Numbered from the stretch's first letter, positions 1 through 14,183 are shown. The stretch is DNA of 64,000 nt from Eledone cirrhosa (GCA_964016885.1 OZ024757.1:11718001-11782000), one strand, 5' to 3'. Notes: generated by a model from the letters alone, not told the origin. Numbers and translations are program-made.

Positions 1-99
1 GGCACGAAAGGTTGTGTTCTGTTCTCAATTTCCAACTCGTGCATTATACAAGATGCTTCGACATTCATTTTCTCAAGTTCGGCCTTATCTGCTACCTTG

Positions 100-356
100 T
101 ACTTTTTCCTCAGCTTTTATCTGACTTTGAAAACGATATAATTTCTATCATACAAGGGGTCAAATTCAAGAGAAACTTCAAAGGCCAGGAATATCTGAAA
201 GGCATTAAGGATAACATTGAGAGCTTAGAGAAAACTGAGAAGATCTTGGTGAAATCTGACAAGACCAACAACCTCTATGGAGTGCAGAAAGACATGTATA
301 ATGACCTCATACTGAAAGAGCTGAGGAAAAAGTACAAGGTAGCAGATAAGGTGTGA
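100..356 (+). pseudogene. Fragment of a Naiad-type PLE ORF (N-terminal, pre-RT region)
   Basis: The translation FENDIISIIQGVKFKR...ILVKSDKTNNLYGVQKDMYNDLILKELRKKYK aligns by eye with FEEELTKIIKNLKFKR...VLVHSDKTNNLYGISKDNYNNLILKELRKKYR in the intact ORF at 10534-12936. It stops at 356 and is followed by low-complexity DNA. Confidence 0.8.
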
Positions 357-689
357 TTTGATAGATAATTTTTGGCTTTGTTTTATAATGAACTTGGCAA
401 TATATTGTCAATTAATTTTGAAGGGTTGATCTTTGTGGTTTATTTTTATTTTTTATTATTGTAGTATTTTTATAATATTTTTTATTTTTATTTTTAATAT
501 CTTTAATATGTAAATTTTTTAATACGTAATATTTTTAATATGTAATATTTTTAATATGTAATATTCTTTCGTAATATTTTTTTTTTTAGTTTTCTATTTT
601 ATTATTACTTATTATTATTATTGTTATCTTTTTATTTTTTTAGTTTTGTTTCTGATATATATTTTTGTTAGTATATTGAAATCTGCTCT

Positions 690-1649
690 CTATTTCTGCT
701 TGATAGATAATCTTGTAGAGTAAAGACAGGAATACACATATATGTATACTCAAATTTTTATACCACATTGAGAATGTTTTCCGTGAACTTAGAGTTTGCA
801 GAGTTGATCATGTGGATTCACATGGATGTTTGTAGCTATCACATAAACATATGAATTTTTTAAAAAACTAAACATAAGATAATTAATTTTCACACGCTAT
901 GGATACTTATCTCATTCAGGAATACTGATATTTACAATATAGTAGAAGTTTTATAAATACTAATACATTAAAACATAGGGTTTTTACGCCTCGAATATAT
1001 CTGGCTATTTTTAAATTTTTTCTCTCGCTATTTTTTCTCTCTCTATATTTTTTCTCTCTCTATATATCTCCCTTACATTAATACTAGAGCTAAATAAATA
1101 AATAAATAAATAAATGTATTATTGATACATTTACTCAACTGACCTCCCACTACCTAATTTTCTATATATGTATGTATCTATCTCTATTTCCTCTCTCTCT
1201 ATATATATATCTCTTTCTGTTTCTTTACATGAAGTTCTTCTCTTTATCTATATTTCCATCTCTCTATTTTGTTCCATCCATTTCTTCTTTTTCTTCCTTT
1301 TCTTCGTTTTCTGTCTTTCTTTCTTTTTTTTCTCTCTTTTTTTTCTCTCTTTCATTCTGTGTAAAATTTTTTCACTGCCAGTTTAACCTCTTCAAATGCA
1401 AGTCGGTGTTATTACGGTATGTCGAATCTATTTGTCTATAAAACTGTTTATATTGTATTTTGTCTGAGGAAGGCATAGCATATTGTTAATATGATATCCC
1501 CGAAATATATATAATGAAATAAATATGGTTTTATAAATATAGTTTCCATTTATTTAATATTGTAAATATACTCCAAATATTTGTCGAGTGCTTTTATATC
1601 AGTTATAAATATTTACTAGTTGTAACCCAACAATTTTAAATATAACTTT

Positions 1650-1651
<2 letters not shown>
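690..1651 (+). mobile_element. PLE family A 3' region and pseudo-LTR, ending in (AT)n
   Basis: Contains a hammerhead at 1456-1521. Parts recur inverted at 2061-2527 and 22540-23600, and as short pieces near 38100, 56170 and 58580. It ends directly in an (AT)n tract. Confidence 0.65.
1456..1521 (+). ncRNA. Type I hammerhead ribozyme, family A
   Basis: tattttgt-CTGAGGA-stem II (…catatt gtt aatatg…)-GAAA-tatata-TA-atgaaata. Stem I pairs with G-U wobbles and stem III is a short palindrome. Confidence 0.7.
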
Positions 1652-1703
<52 letters not shown>

Positions 1704-1834
1704 ATGTGTGTATATATGTGTATATATATATGTGTATATGTATGTGTCTGTGTATGTGTATGTGTGTATGTATGTATATATGTGTGTATGTGTGTGTGTA
1801 TGTGTGTATATATGTATATATGTGTGTGTATTTG

Positions 1835-1876
<42 letters not shown>

Positions 1877-1896
1877 TGTGTATATGTATATATATA

Positions 1897-1927
<31 letters not shown>

Positions 1928-2001
1928 GTGCGTGAGAGAGAGACTGTGTATATATATTTTGTGTGTATGTGTGTATGCGCGAGTGTGTATATATATATAT
2001 G

Positions 2002-2063
<62 letters not shown>

Positions 2064-2191
2064 AAGTTATATTTAAAATTGTTGGGTTAGAACTAGTAAA
2101 TATTTATAACTGATATAAAAGCACTCGACAAATATTTGGAGTATATTTACAATATTAAATAAATGGAAAACTATATTTATAAAACCATATC

Positions 2192-2257
2192 TATTTCATT
2201 ATATATATTTCGGGGATATCATATTAACAATATGTTATGCCTTCATCAGACAAAATA
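2192..2257 (-). ncRNA. Type I hammerhead ribozyme, family A
   Basis: The reverse complement reads tattttgt-CTGATGA-...-GAAA-tatata-TA-atgaaata. Confidence 0.75.
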
Positions 2258-2419
2258 CAATATAATCAGTTTTATAGATAAATATATTCGACATACCGTA
2301 ATAAACATCAACTTCATTTGAAGAGTAAACCTCTTCACTGCTAGAGTAAACCTCTTCAAATGAAGTTGATGTTTATTACGGTATGTCGAATATATTTATC
2401 TATAAAACTGTTTATATTG

Positions 2420-2485
2420 TATTTTGTCTGATGAAGGCATAACATATTGTTAATATGATATCCCCGAAATATATATAATGAAATA
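2420..2485 (+). ncRNA. Type I hammerhead ribozyme, family A
   Basis: tattttgt-CTGATGA-aggcataacatattgttaatatgatatcccc-GAAA-tatata-TA-atgaaata. Confidence 0.75.
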
Positions 2486-2526
2486 GATATGGTTTTATAA
2501 ATATAGTTTACCATTTATTTAATATT

Positions 2527-2640
<114 letters not shown>

Positions 2641-2760
2641 ATATGTGTGTGTATATATGCGTTATTTGTCTGTATATATATGTGTATATTTATGTATAGG
2701 TCTGTGTATGTATGTGTATGTTTGTATATGTATGGATATGTATATATATGTATATGTATG

Positions 2761-2859
<99 letters not shown>

Positions 2860-3007
2860 GTATATATATATATATGTGTGTATATATGTGTGTGTGTATG
2901 GATATTTATACATATGTATACTCGTGTTTTTATGTAAGCGTGTGAGTGTATTTATTTTGTGTATATATGTGTGTGTGTGTGTATGTATGTGTATGTGTGT
3001 GTGTATC

Positions 3008-3142
<135 letters not shown>

Positions 3143-3762
3143 GTATTATATATGTATGTATGTATGTATGTGTGTATGTATGTGTGTGTACATGAATATA
3201 TATTTATATATTTTTATATATATGTGTGTGTGTTTTTATGTATGTATATGTGTTTGTGTGTGTGTTTATGGTTGCGCGTAAGTGTGTGAGTGAGTATGTG
3301 TGTTTTTTTGTTTTTTTGTTTTTTTGTGAATGTGTCTGTTGATTTTTGGCATATAGTAGATTAGTTTAAGAGAAGTTCGAAGATAATAGTAAGATATGCA
3401 CTCAGTATTTTGAATCTGTCTGCAGATTTCTCTAGACCTTTGTCACTTAGTAGAACCTTAATGACTTTAGCTTTTAAAGAATCTCCCTTTTCTTTAATTG
3501 TATCGACCATGACTGACCCCCCACTGATTTTATAGACATCTGTTAGCTTAAGAGAAACTTATTGACAAGGAATGGTATGCCATCCTGAACCTGTTTATAG
3601 AATTCTGTCTGCCTTTGTTACTCTAAAAACATAAATAAATATAAATAAAAACAAAAATAAACTATAGCTTTGTAGAATAAGCTTTTAATGAATTCCCTTT
3701 TCTATCAACCAATGACCTGCACCCATCCCACTCCTCATCCTCTCCTACCGCTTGTAGAGACC

Positions 3763-3770
3763 TATAAATA
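3763..3770 (+). promoter_or_regulatory. Candidate TATA box of the family B pseudo-LTR
   Basis: TATAAATA lies about 25-30 bp upstream of the hammerhead and about 200 bp upstream of the ORF. It is conserved at 16633-16640. Confidence 0.4.
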
Positions 3771-3792
3771 CCATATTTATTTTTTGACACCC

Positions 3793-3843
3793 AGATTCCT
3801 GATGATTTCTAATGAATGAAACAGTTCTAGTCCTGTAGAATCT
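3793..3843 (+). ncRNA. Type I hammerhead ribozyme, family B
   Basis: agattc-CTGATGA-tttc taat gaat-GAAA-cag ttctagtc ctg-TA-gaatct. Stem I is a perfect 6 bp, stem III is acag/ctgt, and the cleavage triplet is GUA. Confidence 0.85.
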
Positions 3844-3973
3844 CATCTATATTAAAACTGTTATACTCTGCTATGTATTGAGTACCTTACTTACTGTGGT
3901 TACCTCCGATTCAACCCGGAATAACGTACATTTTAGCACTCTTTGTGCCCCTTATAACCATCATCAAGAAACC

Positions 3974-6114
3974 ATGCTGACCAAACTCGACCTTGATATT
4001 TCCTTGAAGAACATCCCTATCCCTCCAAGGAAACTATACTTAAAAACACTCATCAGACGTACCGACGAGTTCATCAAGCGAATTAGATGGAGGGCCTTCT
4101 TCCTCGACAACCCTGATGTAGCATCTACCAATGATGAGAAGTTCGGCTTCAAAACGAATAAGACACCACCCACCAACAGCCTACTCCAACCATTTGAAGA
4201 AGACCTCTTCAAGATGATCAAGGATATTAAATTCCGTAGAGCCACCACACCATTCCAGGCCTACTTAAATGCCGAATTACGGAATATAAAAAAATCCCCT
4301 AATCTTTATGTCTCCTCCGATAAAACCAAACGTTTATGAGGTAGACCCACAGCCCTACAATAAGCTGGCAAAAAATACCATCACGACCACCTACAAAAAG
4401 GTAATAGAGAGGGCGCTGACTGAGACAAACGCGGCCGGAAAAGAAATCGCCAAGTCCCTTAAATTACATGACCGAACCGAACCTTTAAGGGTAAAGACCC
4501 CGCACTTTACCCTGAAGGACCATAAGGGAAATTTCCTCAACAAACCATCAGTCAGACTTATCAACCCCACTCGTTCTGACATCGGCTCTATCAGTAAGAA
4601 GATCCTGGATAGAGTTCTACCATCATTGCGGGCAGCCTCACCACTTCCACTCTGGAGTAGAACATCTGAGGCAATATCATGGTTCCAAGAATTACCCGAT
4701 AAACACCACACTCGCTTCCTGCAACTCGACATAGAAAACTACTATGCCTCTATCTCGGAGCCCCTCCTGAAGGACGCAATTAACTTTGCCAGGAATTTTA
4801 CCACCATTACCGATGCTGAGCAAGTTATTATCCTCCACGCTCGTAAGACCTTTCTATACCACGATGGATCTTACTGGATCAACAAGAAATCTCAGACCCC
4901 ATTTGACGTTAGCATGGGGGCGAGTGACTCAGCTGAAATTAGCGACCTTGTGGGCCTGTACATCCTACATAACCTGAAGAACCTCTTTACCGGCCTAACT
5001 GGAGGTTTATACCGAGACGACGGCCTCTTCGCCCTGCATAAGGTTAGCCCCAGAACCACCGATGGGTTTCGGAAAAACTTAAGCTCTTTCTTCTCTAATC
5101 TAGGATTTAGTATAACTATAGATTCTAATTTGACTAGGGCCAACTTCTTAGATGTCACTCTCGACCTAGATACTTCCCTCTATTACCCGTACCACAAACC
5201 TAACGAGTCCCTTAAATATATTAATGTTAATTCAAACCACCCCCAAAACATCACTGATAACCTAGTAAAAAGCGTCTCTATTAGAATATCTGGCCTCTCC
5301 GCCAACAAAGATATTTTTAATGCATCTGCCTCCTACTACAATGACGCCCTAGGCCGTAGCGGATTTAAAGATAAGATAACTTACCTAGAAACCACCGCAA
5401 AATTGCAGAGGAGGAATAGACATAGGCAGATTAGCTGGTACAACCCTCCCTTCAGTAGAGAGGTATCTACTCCGATAGCTAGGATTTTCTTCACTTTACT
5501 GAAATTACACTTCCCCATACAAGATAGGTACTACACCATCTTTAATAAGAACACTATAAGACTGTCTTACTCCACCACACCTAACCTAGCTAGGAATATA
5601 GCCAACCACAACTCTAAACTAAATAAGCCAACCACCTCCGAAACCAATCGCCGGACTGGGGCTCTATGTAATTGCCTAAATAAGGAAGCATGCCCACTAG
5701 AAAACAAATGCCTCACAAATGACATCGTATACAAATGCGATGTCATCTCAGGCACCGAGGATTGCAAAAAAACTTACATCGGCATGACCTCCAACAACTT
5801 TAAGACCCGTTGGTATGCCCATACCCACTCCTTCAGAGAACCGGATAAATCAAATCAGACAACACTCGCCTCCTACGTTTGGGACCTCAAAAGGAACTCC
5901 ACCCCTTTCACGCTTAATTGGAAAATACTCCAGAAAGCGCGCTCTTACAACGGAGGACACAAGGGCTGCGACTATTTGTATTTCAGAGAGCTACGAAATT
6001 TTATTCGCCAAGGGCCCGCTACTGAACAAACTCTCTGAACACTGCCCGAACTGCATGCACAAGAACTTTGCAACATTCAAACACTTTAAGCCAGTGTTAA
6101 AGCCCGATGGCTAA
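3974..6114 (+). pseudogene. Naiad-type PLE RT + GIY-YIG endonuclease ORF with two frameshifts (~4330 and ~5975)
   Basis: Motifs are SLKNIPIP, SDKT, TLKDHK, VRLINP, FLQLDIENYY, MGASDSAEI, GGLYRDDGL, FLDVTLD, CNCLNKEACPLENKC, IVYKC...YIGMTSNNFKTRWYAH. The C-terminus CISE...LLNKLSEHCPNCMH is in a shifted frame. Confidence 0.9.
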
Positions 6115-6249
6115 AAACGACCTCCCCCTATTGGCCCCTATACCTCCTCCACACCCTACCCCCACCCCTCCTCAACATGAAATACGGCCACTATGGTTAT
6201 GTGAGTACCTCTTTCGTATCTACATTTTCTGCCTGTAGAGGTGTCTTTA

Positions 6250-7032
<783 letters not shown>

Positions 7033-7158
7033 GTAGGAGGTGAGTTTTATTGTAGTACAATAAAGCAATGCAGATATCGGATAAGAAGCACTCTACAGTT
7101 TGTGGGACTGGAGTATGCATAATATAAGATCAAAAGATGGTTAAAGGAGTTCAATATA

Positions 7159-7225
7159 TTTTATTATGCGCATTTCAAAAACAAACATCATCAAACAATA
7201 ATATTTGTGTTTTCATCAGATAAAA
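7159..7225 (-). ncRNA. Type I hammerhead ribozyme, family C
   Basis: Reverse complement of the motif at 10261-10327. Confidence 0.8.
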
Positions 7226-8039
7226 CAGGAGAACATGATATGAAGGCTAAAAAAAACACTTGTTGATAGTGCAGTTTTAAATCAACATATGAAAAGTGGT
7301 TTTAGATTGATGTGTGATATTGGGAAAAATATTTTATTTAGAGAGGGGGGGAGAGAAAAGGATGAAAAGGGAAGGAGATGAGAGGGAGAGATGGGTGATA
7401 GAGAGAAAGAGATAGTTTTTATAACAGAGAGGAGATATATTTTATATAGAGGGGTTGAAAACCGTTGGAAGATACTGTATAAATTAAAAATTTTGAAAAT
7501 TAACGAAGGGAGGATATGTGCGAGGAAAAAATATATTATATTTAGGGAGGGGTGGGGGTGGAAAGGATGAAAAAAAGGGGAGGAGATGAGAGTGAAGGTG
7601 GAAAGGGAGAGATGGGTGATAGAGAGAAAGAGATAGTTTTTATAACTGAGAAAAAGATATAATGTTTTAATATAGAGAGGTTGGGAACCGTTGGAAGATA
7701 ATGTATAAATTAAAGGAATTTGAAAATTAACGAAGGGAAATTATGTATGGAGATAGAGAGAAAAAAATAATAACGAAGGGAGATTATGTATGGAGATAGA
7801 GAGAAAAAAAATAATAATTGTGGGTGAATATTCAAAAGGAGAAATGTAGGAATTTTAAAATTAGCAAAGAGAAAAAGTTTATGTATAGGATTTGAGAAAA
7901 ATAATGTGAAGTTAGAGTTTTTATATTGAATTCATATGTATTAATAATGAGTTCGTTGATGGGGAGAAAAAAAAAAAATAATAAATTAAGGATGAAATTG
8001 AGATTAAAAAGATTTATGATAGAGAGAAAAAATAATAAT

Positions 8040-8217
8040 TGTTTCTACTTTTGGCACAAGGCCAGCAATTACCCAGTGCATTACTGGTACTTTATTTTAT
8101 CGACCCCGTAAGGATGAAAGGCAAAGTCAACCTCGGCGGGATTTGAACTCAGATCGTAAAGGGACGTAACTATGCTGGAAAGCATGGCGTCCGACCCTCT
8201 ACCGATACTGCCAATCC
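8040..8217 (-). mobile_element. tRNA-derived SINE (family S2) with a 17-bp target-site duplication
   Basis: The minus strand has A-box-like tggcagtatcggtag and B-box-like gagttcaaatccc, then gactttgcctttcatccttacggggtcgataaa. The TSD agagaaaaaataataat is at 8023-8039 and 8218-8234. The empty site is visible at ~13367-13385. Confidence 0.85.
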
Positions 8218-10260
8218 AGAGAAAAAATAATAATGATTGCGGATGAATACTCAAAATGTCAAAAACAAATGTTATTGTTTTACGAGGAGATATAATGAGG
8301 GTGATGAGTAAACGGGTATTATAGAGTGTATAATGCCCTTTAAAGTAAGGTAGATGGGTATATTTTAAAGAATATATGAGTATATATTAAAAAAATATAT
8401 AATAATAAATTAAGGATGAAATTGAGATTAAAAAGATTTATGATAGAGGGAAAAAAAATAATAATGATTGCGGATGAATATTCAAAATGTCAAAAACAAA
8501 TGTTATTGTTTTACGAGAAGATAGGATGAGGTAAATGAGTAAACGAGTACTATAGAGTGTATAATGCCCTTTAAAGTAAGGTAGATGGGTATATTTTAAA
8601 GAGATGTATGTATATGTGCCTTTGAGAAAAGATTCTAAATTGATAAAGAATTGAATATTAACTGTATACTTTGTGAAAAGTTCTATGGAATTTATGCAGG
8701 CAGATGGAAAACAAATCCGAGCGTCTATTTATTATGGATTCTAGGTTAGAGATAATGGTAAATTTTTCATTTAGGCAGAGATTACAGATTTTAGATAGAG
8801 AACTGTTCAAGTACGAGGATGCAGAAGAAATCTTTTTCCAAAAGATGTTATATTTAATGTTTTTGTCTTTTAAGGACCATATGAGTTCTGAGAGAGCAGT
8901 GTTAGTTCTTTTAAGTTTGTATTTGAAAGATGAATGATGATTATAGAGACGAGCTTTAAAAGAGGTGGAAGTGGAGCCAAAATAGGTGAAGGAGTTGGTG
9001 CTAGTTATAATTTTACATTCATAAATTAAGTTTTTATCGAGGCAATGGTTGTTGAGAGGACATTTATTTTTAATGCGGCAGTTGCAATTAGAGAGATTAT
9101 TAATGAGTGATCTAGTGTTATCTATAGAAGGAATTGGATTGGAGAAGTTGTTTGCGATAGGAATAATAGGAATAATAGTTTCTTGATTTAGAGTTGGATT
9201 ATGAACATTTAGCGAAGTTGTGTTTGACGTTGCATTTGGGTTTACAGAAGTTAGCCTAGGGTTTACAATGACGTCAGGAGTACTATTATTGTTATTATGA
9301 GATTCAATATTGGAAGGAAGAGATTTAGTATTTAATATTTTGTTGTTGTGTTTAGAAATGATGTTGGAAATATTGGAGGATGTAGAATACGAAAATTTAA
9401 TGGTGTGTTTGTTAAATATTTTACTATAGATATGTGAGGGAGGGAAGCATTTATTTAAGGCACTAAAAAATAATTTAGGAATATTGTTATTAATAGAGAT
9501 GGAGAAAGGAGCATTATACCAGATTATGTTTTTGTATCTAGGTCTTTTATTAAAATTATTGGAATGGTTATGATTAAATATTCTACTGTAAGTTTTCCTA
9601 GAATTTGTTTCTTTATTATATTTGATTTTATCTGGATAGCCGGCTTTAGAAAGTGCGTTATTATAGTAATTGGCGTTAGCATCAAAGATGTTTTTATTAG
9701 AAGATATGTTAGATATTCTATTTCCAATATTATTAACTATAGCATTCTTGATATTGGTAGGATGGTTAGATTTAAAGTTAACATAATTAAGATTCTCATT
9801 GTTTTTATGGTAAGGGTAATATAGGCCAGTGTCAAGATTAAGAGATACATCCAAGAAATTAGCTAGTTTGGTACTATTATCAAATTCAATTTTTAGGTTA
9901 TGTTGGTTAAAGAGATTACGTATATTGTTCTTAATAATATTAAGTTTAACTATATTGCAATTTAGGATAGTAAAGAGTCCATCGTCACGATAAATTCCAC
10001 CGCGAAGTTGAGGAATTTTCCGACTCAAAGAGTTCAAAATGAAGATACCAATTAAATCAGTCAATTGGGATGAATCGGATGCTCCCATTGTGATGTCGAA
10101 GTTGTTAGAGGTATCGGCTCTGGTCCAATATTCGTTGTTGAACTCTAGGATGGTTTTACGTGCGGTGAGGATGATGTGAAGTTCATCTGTGGTGATGTCA
10201 GAATATTTAAGTGCGAAAGATAGAGCATTATTTTTAGAGCCTTCATATCATGTTCTCCTG

Positions 10261-10327
10261 TTTTATCTGATGAAAACACAAATATTATTGTTTGATGATG
10301 TTTGTTTTTGAAATGCGCATAATAAAA
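10261..10327 (+). ncRNA. Type I hammerhead ribozyme, family C
   Basis: ttttat-CTGATGA-aaac...tttt-GAAA-tgcgca-TA-ataaaa. Stem I is 6 bp, stem II is long and imperfect, and stem III is the palindrome tgcgca. Confidence 0.8.
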
Positions 10328-10533
10328 TATATTGAACTCCTTTAACCATCTTTTGATCTTATATTATGCATACTCCAGTCCCACAAACTGTAGAGTGCTT
10401 CTTATCCGATATCTGCATTGCTTTATTGTACTACAATAAAACTCACCTCCTACATTTACTTGCTCCTTAACGGTTGAGCGCTTACTCTCATATTGGATAC
10501 CTTTTGATGGTCCTTCACCTCTTCTTCTACAAC

Positions 10534-12936
10534 ATGGATTATTACAACATAACCAATTCTACTAAAGACATTCCTATACCTGGTAAATCTGAATTCACCA
10601 AACTTCTTATTGAAAAAACTGACTCCTTCGTAAGAAGACTTAGATGGACAGCCTATTTCTATGACCAGCGCCTAAAAGGGAACTTTCATACCAAAGAACA
10701 CAACTTCCTCGATCATCTTTTTAATTCCAGACGAAATCCTCCTTCCAACAAAAATCTAGCACAATTCGAGGAAGAATTAACTAAAATTATAAAAAATCTT
10801 AAATTCAAGAGATACCCTTACAAAGGACAAGAGCACCTTGTAAATCTCAAGAACACAATCTCTAACCTAAATTCCTCAAAAAATGTTTTAGTCCACTCTG
10901 ACAAAACCAATAACCTATATGGTATTTCCAAGGATAATTATAACAACCTTATCCTAAAGGAACTTAGGAAAAAGTATCGTAAAACCAACCATGAAAATTT
11001 AGAATGCATAAACCTTGAAGCCTATGAGATTATGTCAAAACTTGGCATTGAAAAAAAGACCGAACCATTCCTCCCAAGAACTCCGAGGATAAATCTCAAG
11101 GATCACAAAAACAATTTTCGCACTGAACTACCTGTTAGATTAATCGCCCCCTCTAAATCTGATCTGGGGGTTGTTAGTAAAGCCATCTTGGATAGGATTA
11201 TCCCACAGGTTAGTTCTAATTGCTCTTCTTTAAACCTAAATTTATGGTTTGGTACTTCTGAAGTGATTGGCTGGTTCAACAAATTGGATAATAAAAACAA
11301 ACTAAAATTTATTCAATTCGATATTGCCAGCTACTATTCCTCCATTTCGCCTTCACTTCTCAATAATGCTCTATCTTTCGCACTTAAATATTCTGACATC
11401 ACCACAGATGAACTTCACATCATCCTCACCGCACGTAAAACCATCCTAGAGTTCAACAACGAATATTGGACCAGAGCCGATACCTCTAACAACTTCGACA
11501 TCACAATGGGAGCATCCGATTCATCCCAATTGACTGATTTAATTGGTATCTTCATTTTGAACTCTTTGAGTCGGAAAATTCCTCAACTTCGCGGTGGAAT
11601 TTATCGTGACGATGGACTCTTTACTATCCTAAATTGCAATATAGTTAAACTTAATATTATTAAGAACAATATACGTAATCTCTTTAACCAACATAACCTA
11701 AAAATTGAATTTGATAATAGTACCAAACTAGCTAATTTCTTGGATGTATCTCTTAATCTTGACACTGGCCTATATTACCCTTACCATAAAAACAATGAGA
11801 ATCTTAATTATGTTAACTTTAAATCTAACCATCCTACCAATATCAAGAATGCTATAGTTAATAATATTGGAAATAGAATATCTAACATATCTTCTAATAA
11901 AAACATCTTTGATGCTAACGCCAATTACTATAATAACGCACTTTCTAAAGCCGGCTATCCAGATAAAATCAAATATAATAAAGAAACAAATTCTAGGAAA
12001 ACTTACAGTAGAATATTTAATCATAACCATTCCAATAATTTTAATAAAAGACCTAGATACAAAAACATAATCTGGTATAATGCTCCTTTCTCCATCTCTA
12101 TTAATAACAATATTCCTAAATTATTTTTTAGTGCCTTAAATAAATGCTTCCCTCCCTCACATATCTATAGTAAAATATTTAACAAACACACCATTAAATT
12201 TTCGTATTCTACATCCTCCAATATTTCCAACATCATTTCTAAACACAACAACAAAATATTAAATACTAAATCTCTTCCTTCCAATATTGAATCTCATAAT
12301 AACAATAATAGTACTCCTGACGTCATTGTAAACCCTAGGCTAACTTCTGTAAACCCAAATGCAACGTCAAACACAACTTCGCTAAATGTTCATAATCCAA
12401 CTCTAAATCAAGAAACTATTATTCCTATTATTCCTATCGCAAACAACTTCTCCAATCCAATTCCTTCTATAGATAACACTAGATCACTCATTAATAATCT
12501 CTCTAATTGCAACTGCCGCATTAAAAATAAATGTCCTCTCAACAACCATTGCCTCGATAAAAACTTAATTTATGAATGTAAAATTATAACTAGCACCAAC
12601 TCCTTCACCTATTTTGGCTCCACTTCCACCTCTTTTAAAGCTCGTCTCTATAATCATCATTCATCTTTCAAATACAAACTTAAAAGAACTAACACTGCTC
12701 TCTCAGAACTCATATGGTCCTTAAAAGACAAAAACATTAAATATAACATCTTTTGGAAAAAGATTTCTTCTGCATCCTCGTACTTGAACAGTTCTCTATC
12801 TAAAATCTGTAATCTCTGCCTAAATGAAAAATTTACCATTATCTCTAACCTAGAATCCATAATAAATAGACGCTCGGATTTGTTTTCCATCTGCCTGCAT
12901 AAATTCCATAGAACTTTTCACAAAGTATACAGTTAA
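10534..12936 (+). CDS. PLE (Naiad-type) reverse transcriptase + GIY-YIG endonuclease, ~800 aa, uninterrupted
   Basis: Motifs are STKDIPIP, SDKT, NLKDHK, VRLIAP, FIQFDIASYY, MGASDSSQL, GGIYRDDGL, FLDVSLN, WYNAPFS, CNCRIKNKCPLNNHC, LIYECKI...YFGSTSTSFKARLYNH and CNLCLNEK...CLH. The ATG at 10534 is chosen by similarity to the start of the family B ORF. Confidence 0.93.
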   Translation: MDYYNITNSTKDIPIPGKSEFTKLLIEKTDSFVRRLRWTAYFYDQRLKGNFHTKEHNFLDHLFNSRRNPPSNKNLAQFEEELTKIIKNLKFKRYPYKGQEHLVNLKNTISNLNSSKNVLVHSDKTNNLYGISKDNYNNLILKELRKKYRKTNHENLECINLEAYEIMSKLGIEKKTEPFLPRTPRINLKDHKNNFRTELPVRLIAPSKSDLGVVSKAILDRIIPQVSSNCSSLNLNLWFGTSEVIGWFNKLDNKNKLKFIQFDIASYYSSISPSLLNNALSFALKYSDITTDELHIILTARKTILEFNNEYWTRADTSNNFDITMGASDSSQLTDLIGIFILNSLSRKIPQLRGGIYRDDGLFTILNCNIVKLNIIKNNIRNLFNQHNLKIEFDNSTKLANFLDVSLNLDTGLYYPYHKNNENLNYVNFKSNHPTNIKNAIVNNIGNRISNISSNKNIFDANANYYNNALSKAGYPDKIKYNKETNSRKTYSRIFNHNHSNNFNKRPRYKNIIWYNAPFSISINNNIPKLFFSALNKCFPPSHIYSKIFNKHTIKFSYSTSSNISNIISKHNNKILNTKSLPSNIESHNNNNSTPDVIVNPRLTSVNPNATSNTTSLNVHNPTLNQETIIPIIPIANNFSNPIPSIDNTRSLINNLSNCNCRIKNKCPLNNHCLDKNLIYECKIITSTNSFTYFGSTSTSFKARLYNHHSSFKYKLKRTNTALSELIWSLKDKNIKYNIFWKKISSASSYLNSSLSKICNLCLNEKFTIISNLESIINRRSDLFSICLHKFHRTFHKVYS

Positions 12937-14183
12937 TATTCAATTCTTTATCAATTTAGAATCTTTTCTCAAAGGCACATATACATACACCTCTTTAAAA
13001 TATACCCATCTACCTTACTTTAAAGGGCATTATACACTCTATAGTACTCGTTTACTCATTTACCTCATCCTATCTTCTCGTAAAACAATAACATTTGTTT
13101 TTGACATTTTGAATATTCATCCGCAATCATTATTATTTTTTTTTTTTTTTCCCTCTATCATAAATCTTTTTAATCTCAATTTCATCCTTAATTTATTATT
13201 ATATATTTTTTTAATATATACTCATATATTCTTTAAAATATACCCATCTACCTTACTTTAAAGGGCATTATACACTCTATAATACCCGTTTACTCATCAC
13301 CCTCATTATATCTCCTCGTAAAACAATAACATTTGTTTTTGACATTTTGAGTATTCATCCGCAATCATTATTATTTTTTCTCTCTATCATAAATCTTTTT
13401 AATCTCAATTTCATCCTTAATTTATTATTATTTTTTTTTCTCCCCATCAACGAACTCATTATTAATACATATGAATTCAATATAAAAACTCTAACTTCAC
13501 ATTATTTTTCTCAAATCCTATACATAAACTCTTTCTCTCTTTGCTAATTTTAAAATTCCTACATTTCTCCTTTTGAATATTCACCCACAATTATTATTTT
13601 TTTTTCTCTCTATCTCCATACATAATCTCCCTTCGTTATTATTTTTTTCTCTCTATCTCCATACATAATTTCCCTTCGTTAATTTTCAAATTCCTTTAAT
13701 TTATACATTATCTTCCAACGGTTCCCAACCTCTCTATATTAAAACATTATATCTTTTTCTCAGTTATAAAAACTATCTCTTTCTCTCTATCACCCATCTC
13801 TCCCTTTCCACCTTCACTCTCATCTCCTCCCCTTTTTTTCATCCTTTCCACCCCCACCCCTCCCTAAATATAATATATTTTTTCCTCGCACATATCCTCC
13901 CTTCGTTAATTTTCAAAATTTTTAATTTATACAGTATCTTCCAACGGTTTTCAACCCCTCTATATAAAATATATCTCCTCTCTGTTATAAAAACTATCTC
14001 TTTCTCTCTATCACCCATCTCTCCCTCTCATCTCCTTCCCTTTTCATCCTTTTCTCTCCCCCCCTCTCTAAATAAAATATTTTTCCCAATATCACACATC
14101 AATCTAAAACCACTTTTCATATGTTGATTTAAAACTGCACTATCAACAAGTGTTTTTTTTAGCCTTCATATCATGTTCTCCTG

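Larger units (their letters stand above)
7033..10231 (-). mobile_element. Inverted, 5'-truncated copy of Naiad-type PLE family C
   Basis: Near-identical reverse complement of 11363-14290 plus the pseudo-LTR tail. ORF 8658-10088 gives the same protein as the C-terminal 476 aa of the plus-strand ORF. Confidence 0.95.
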
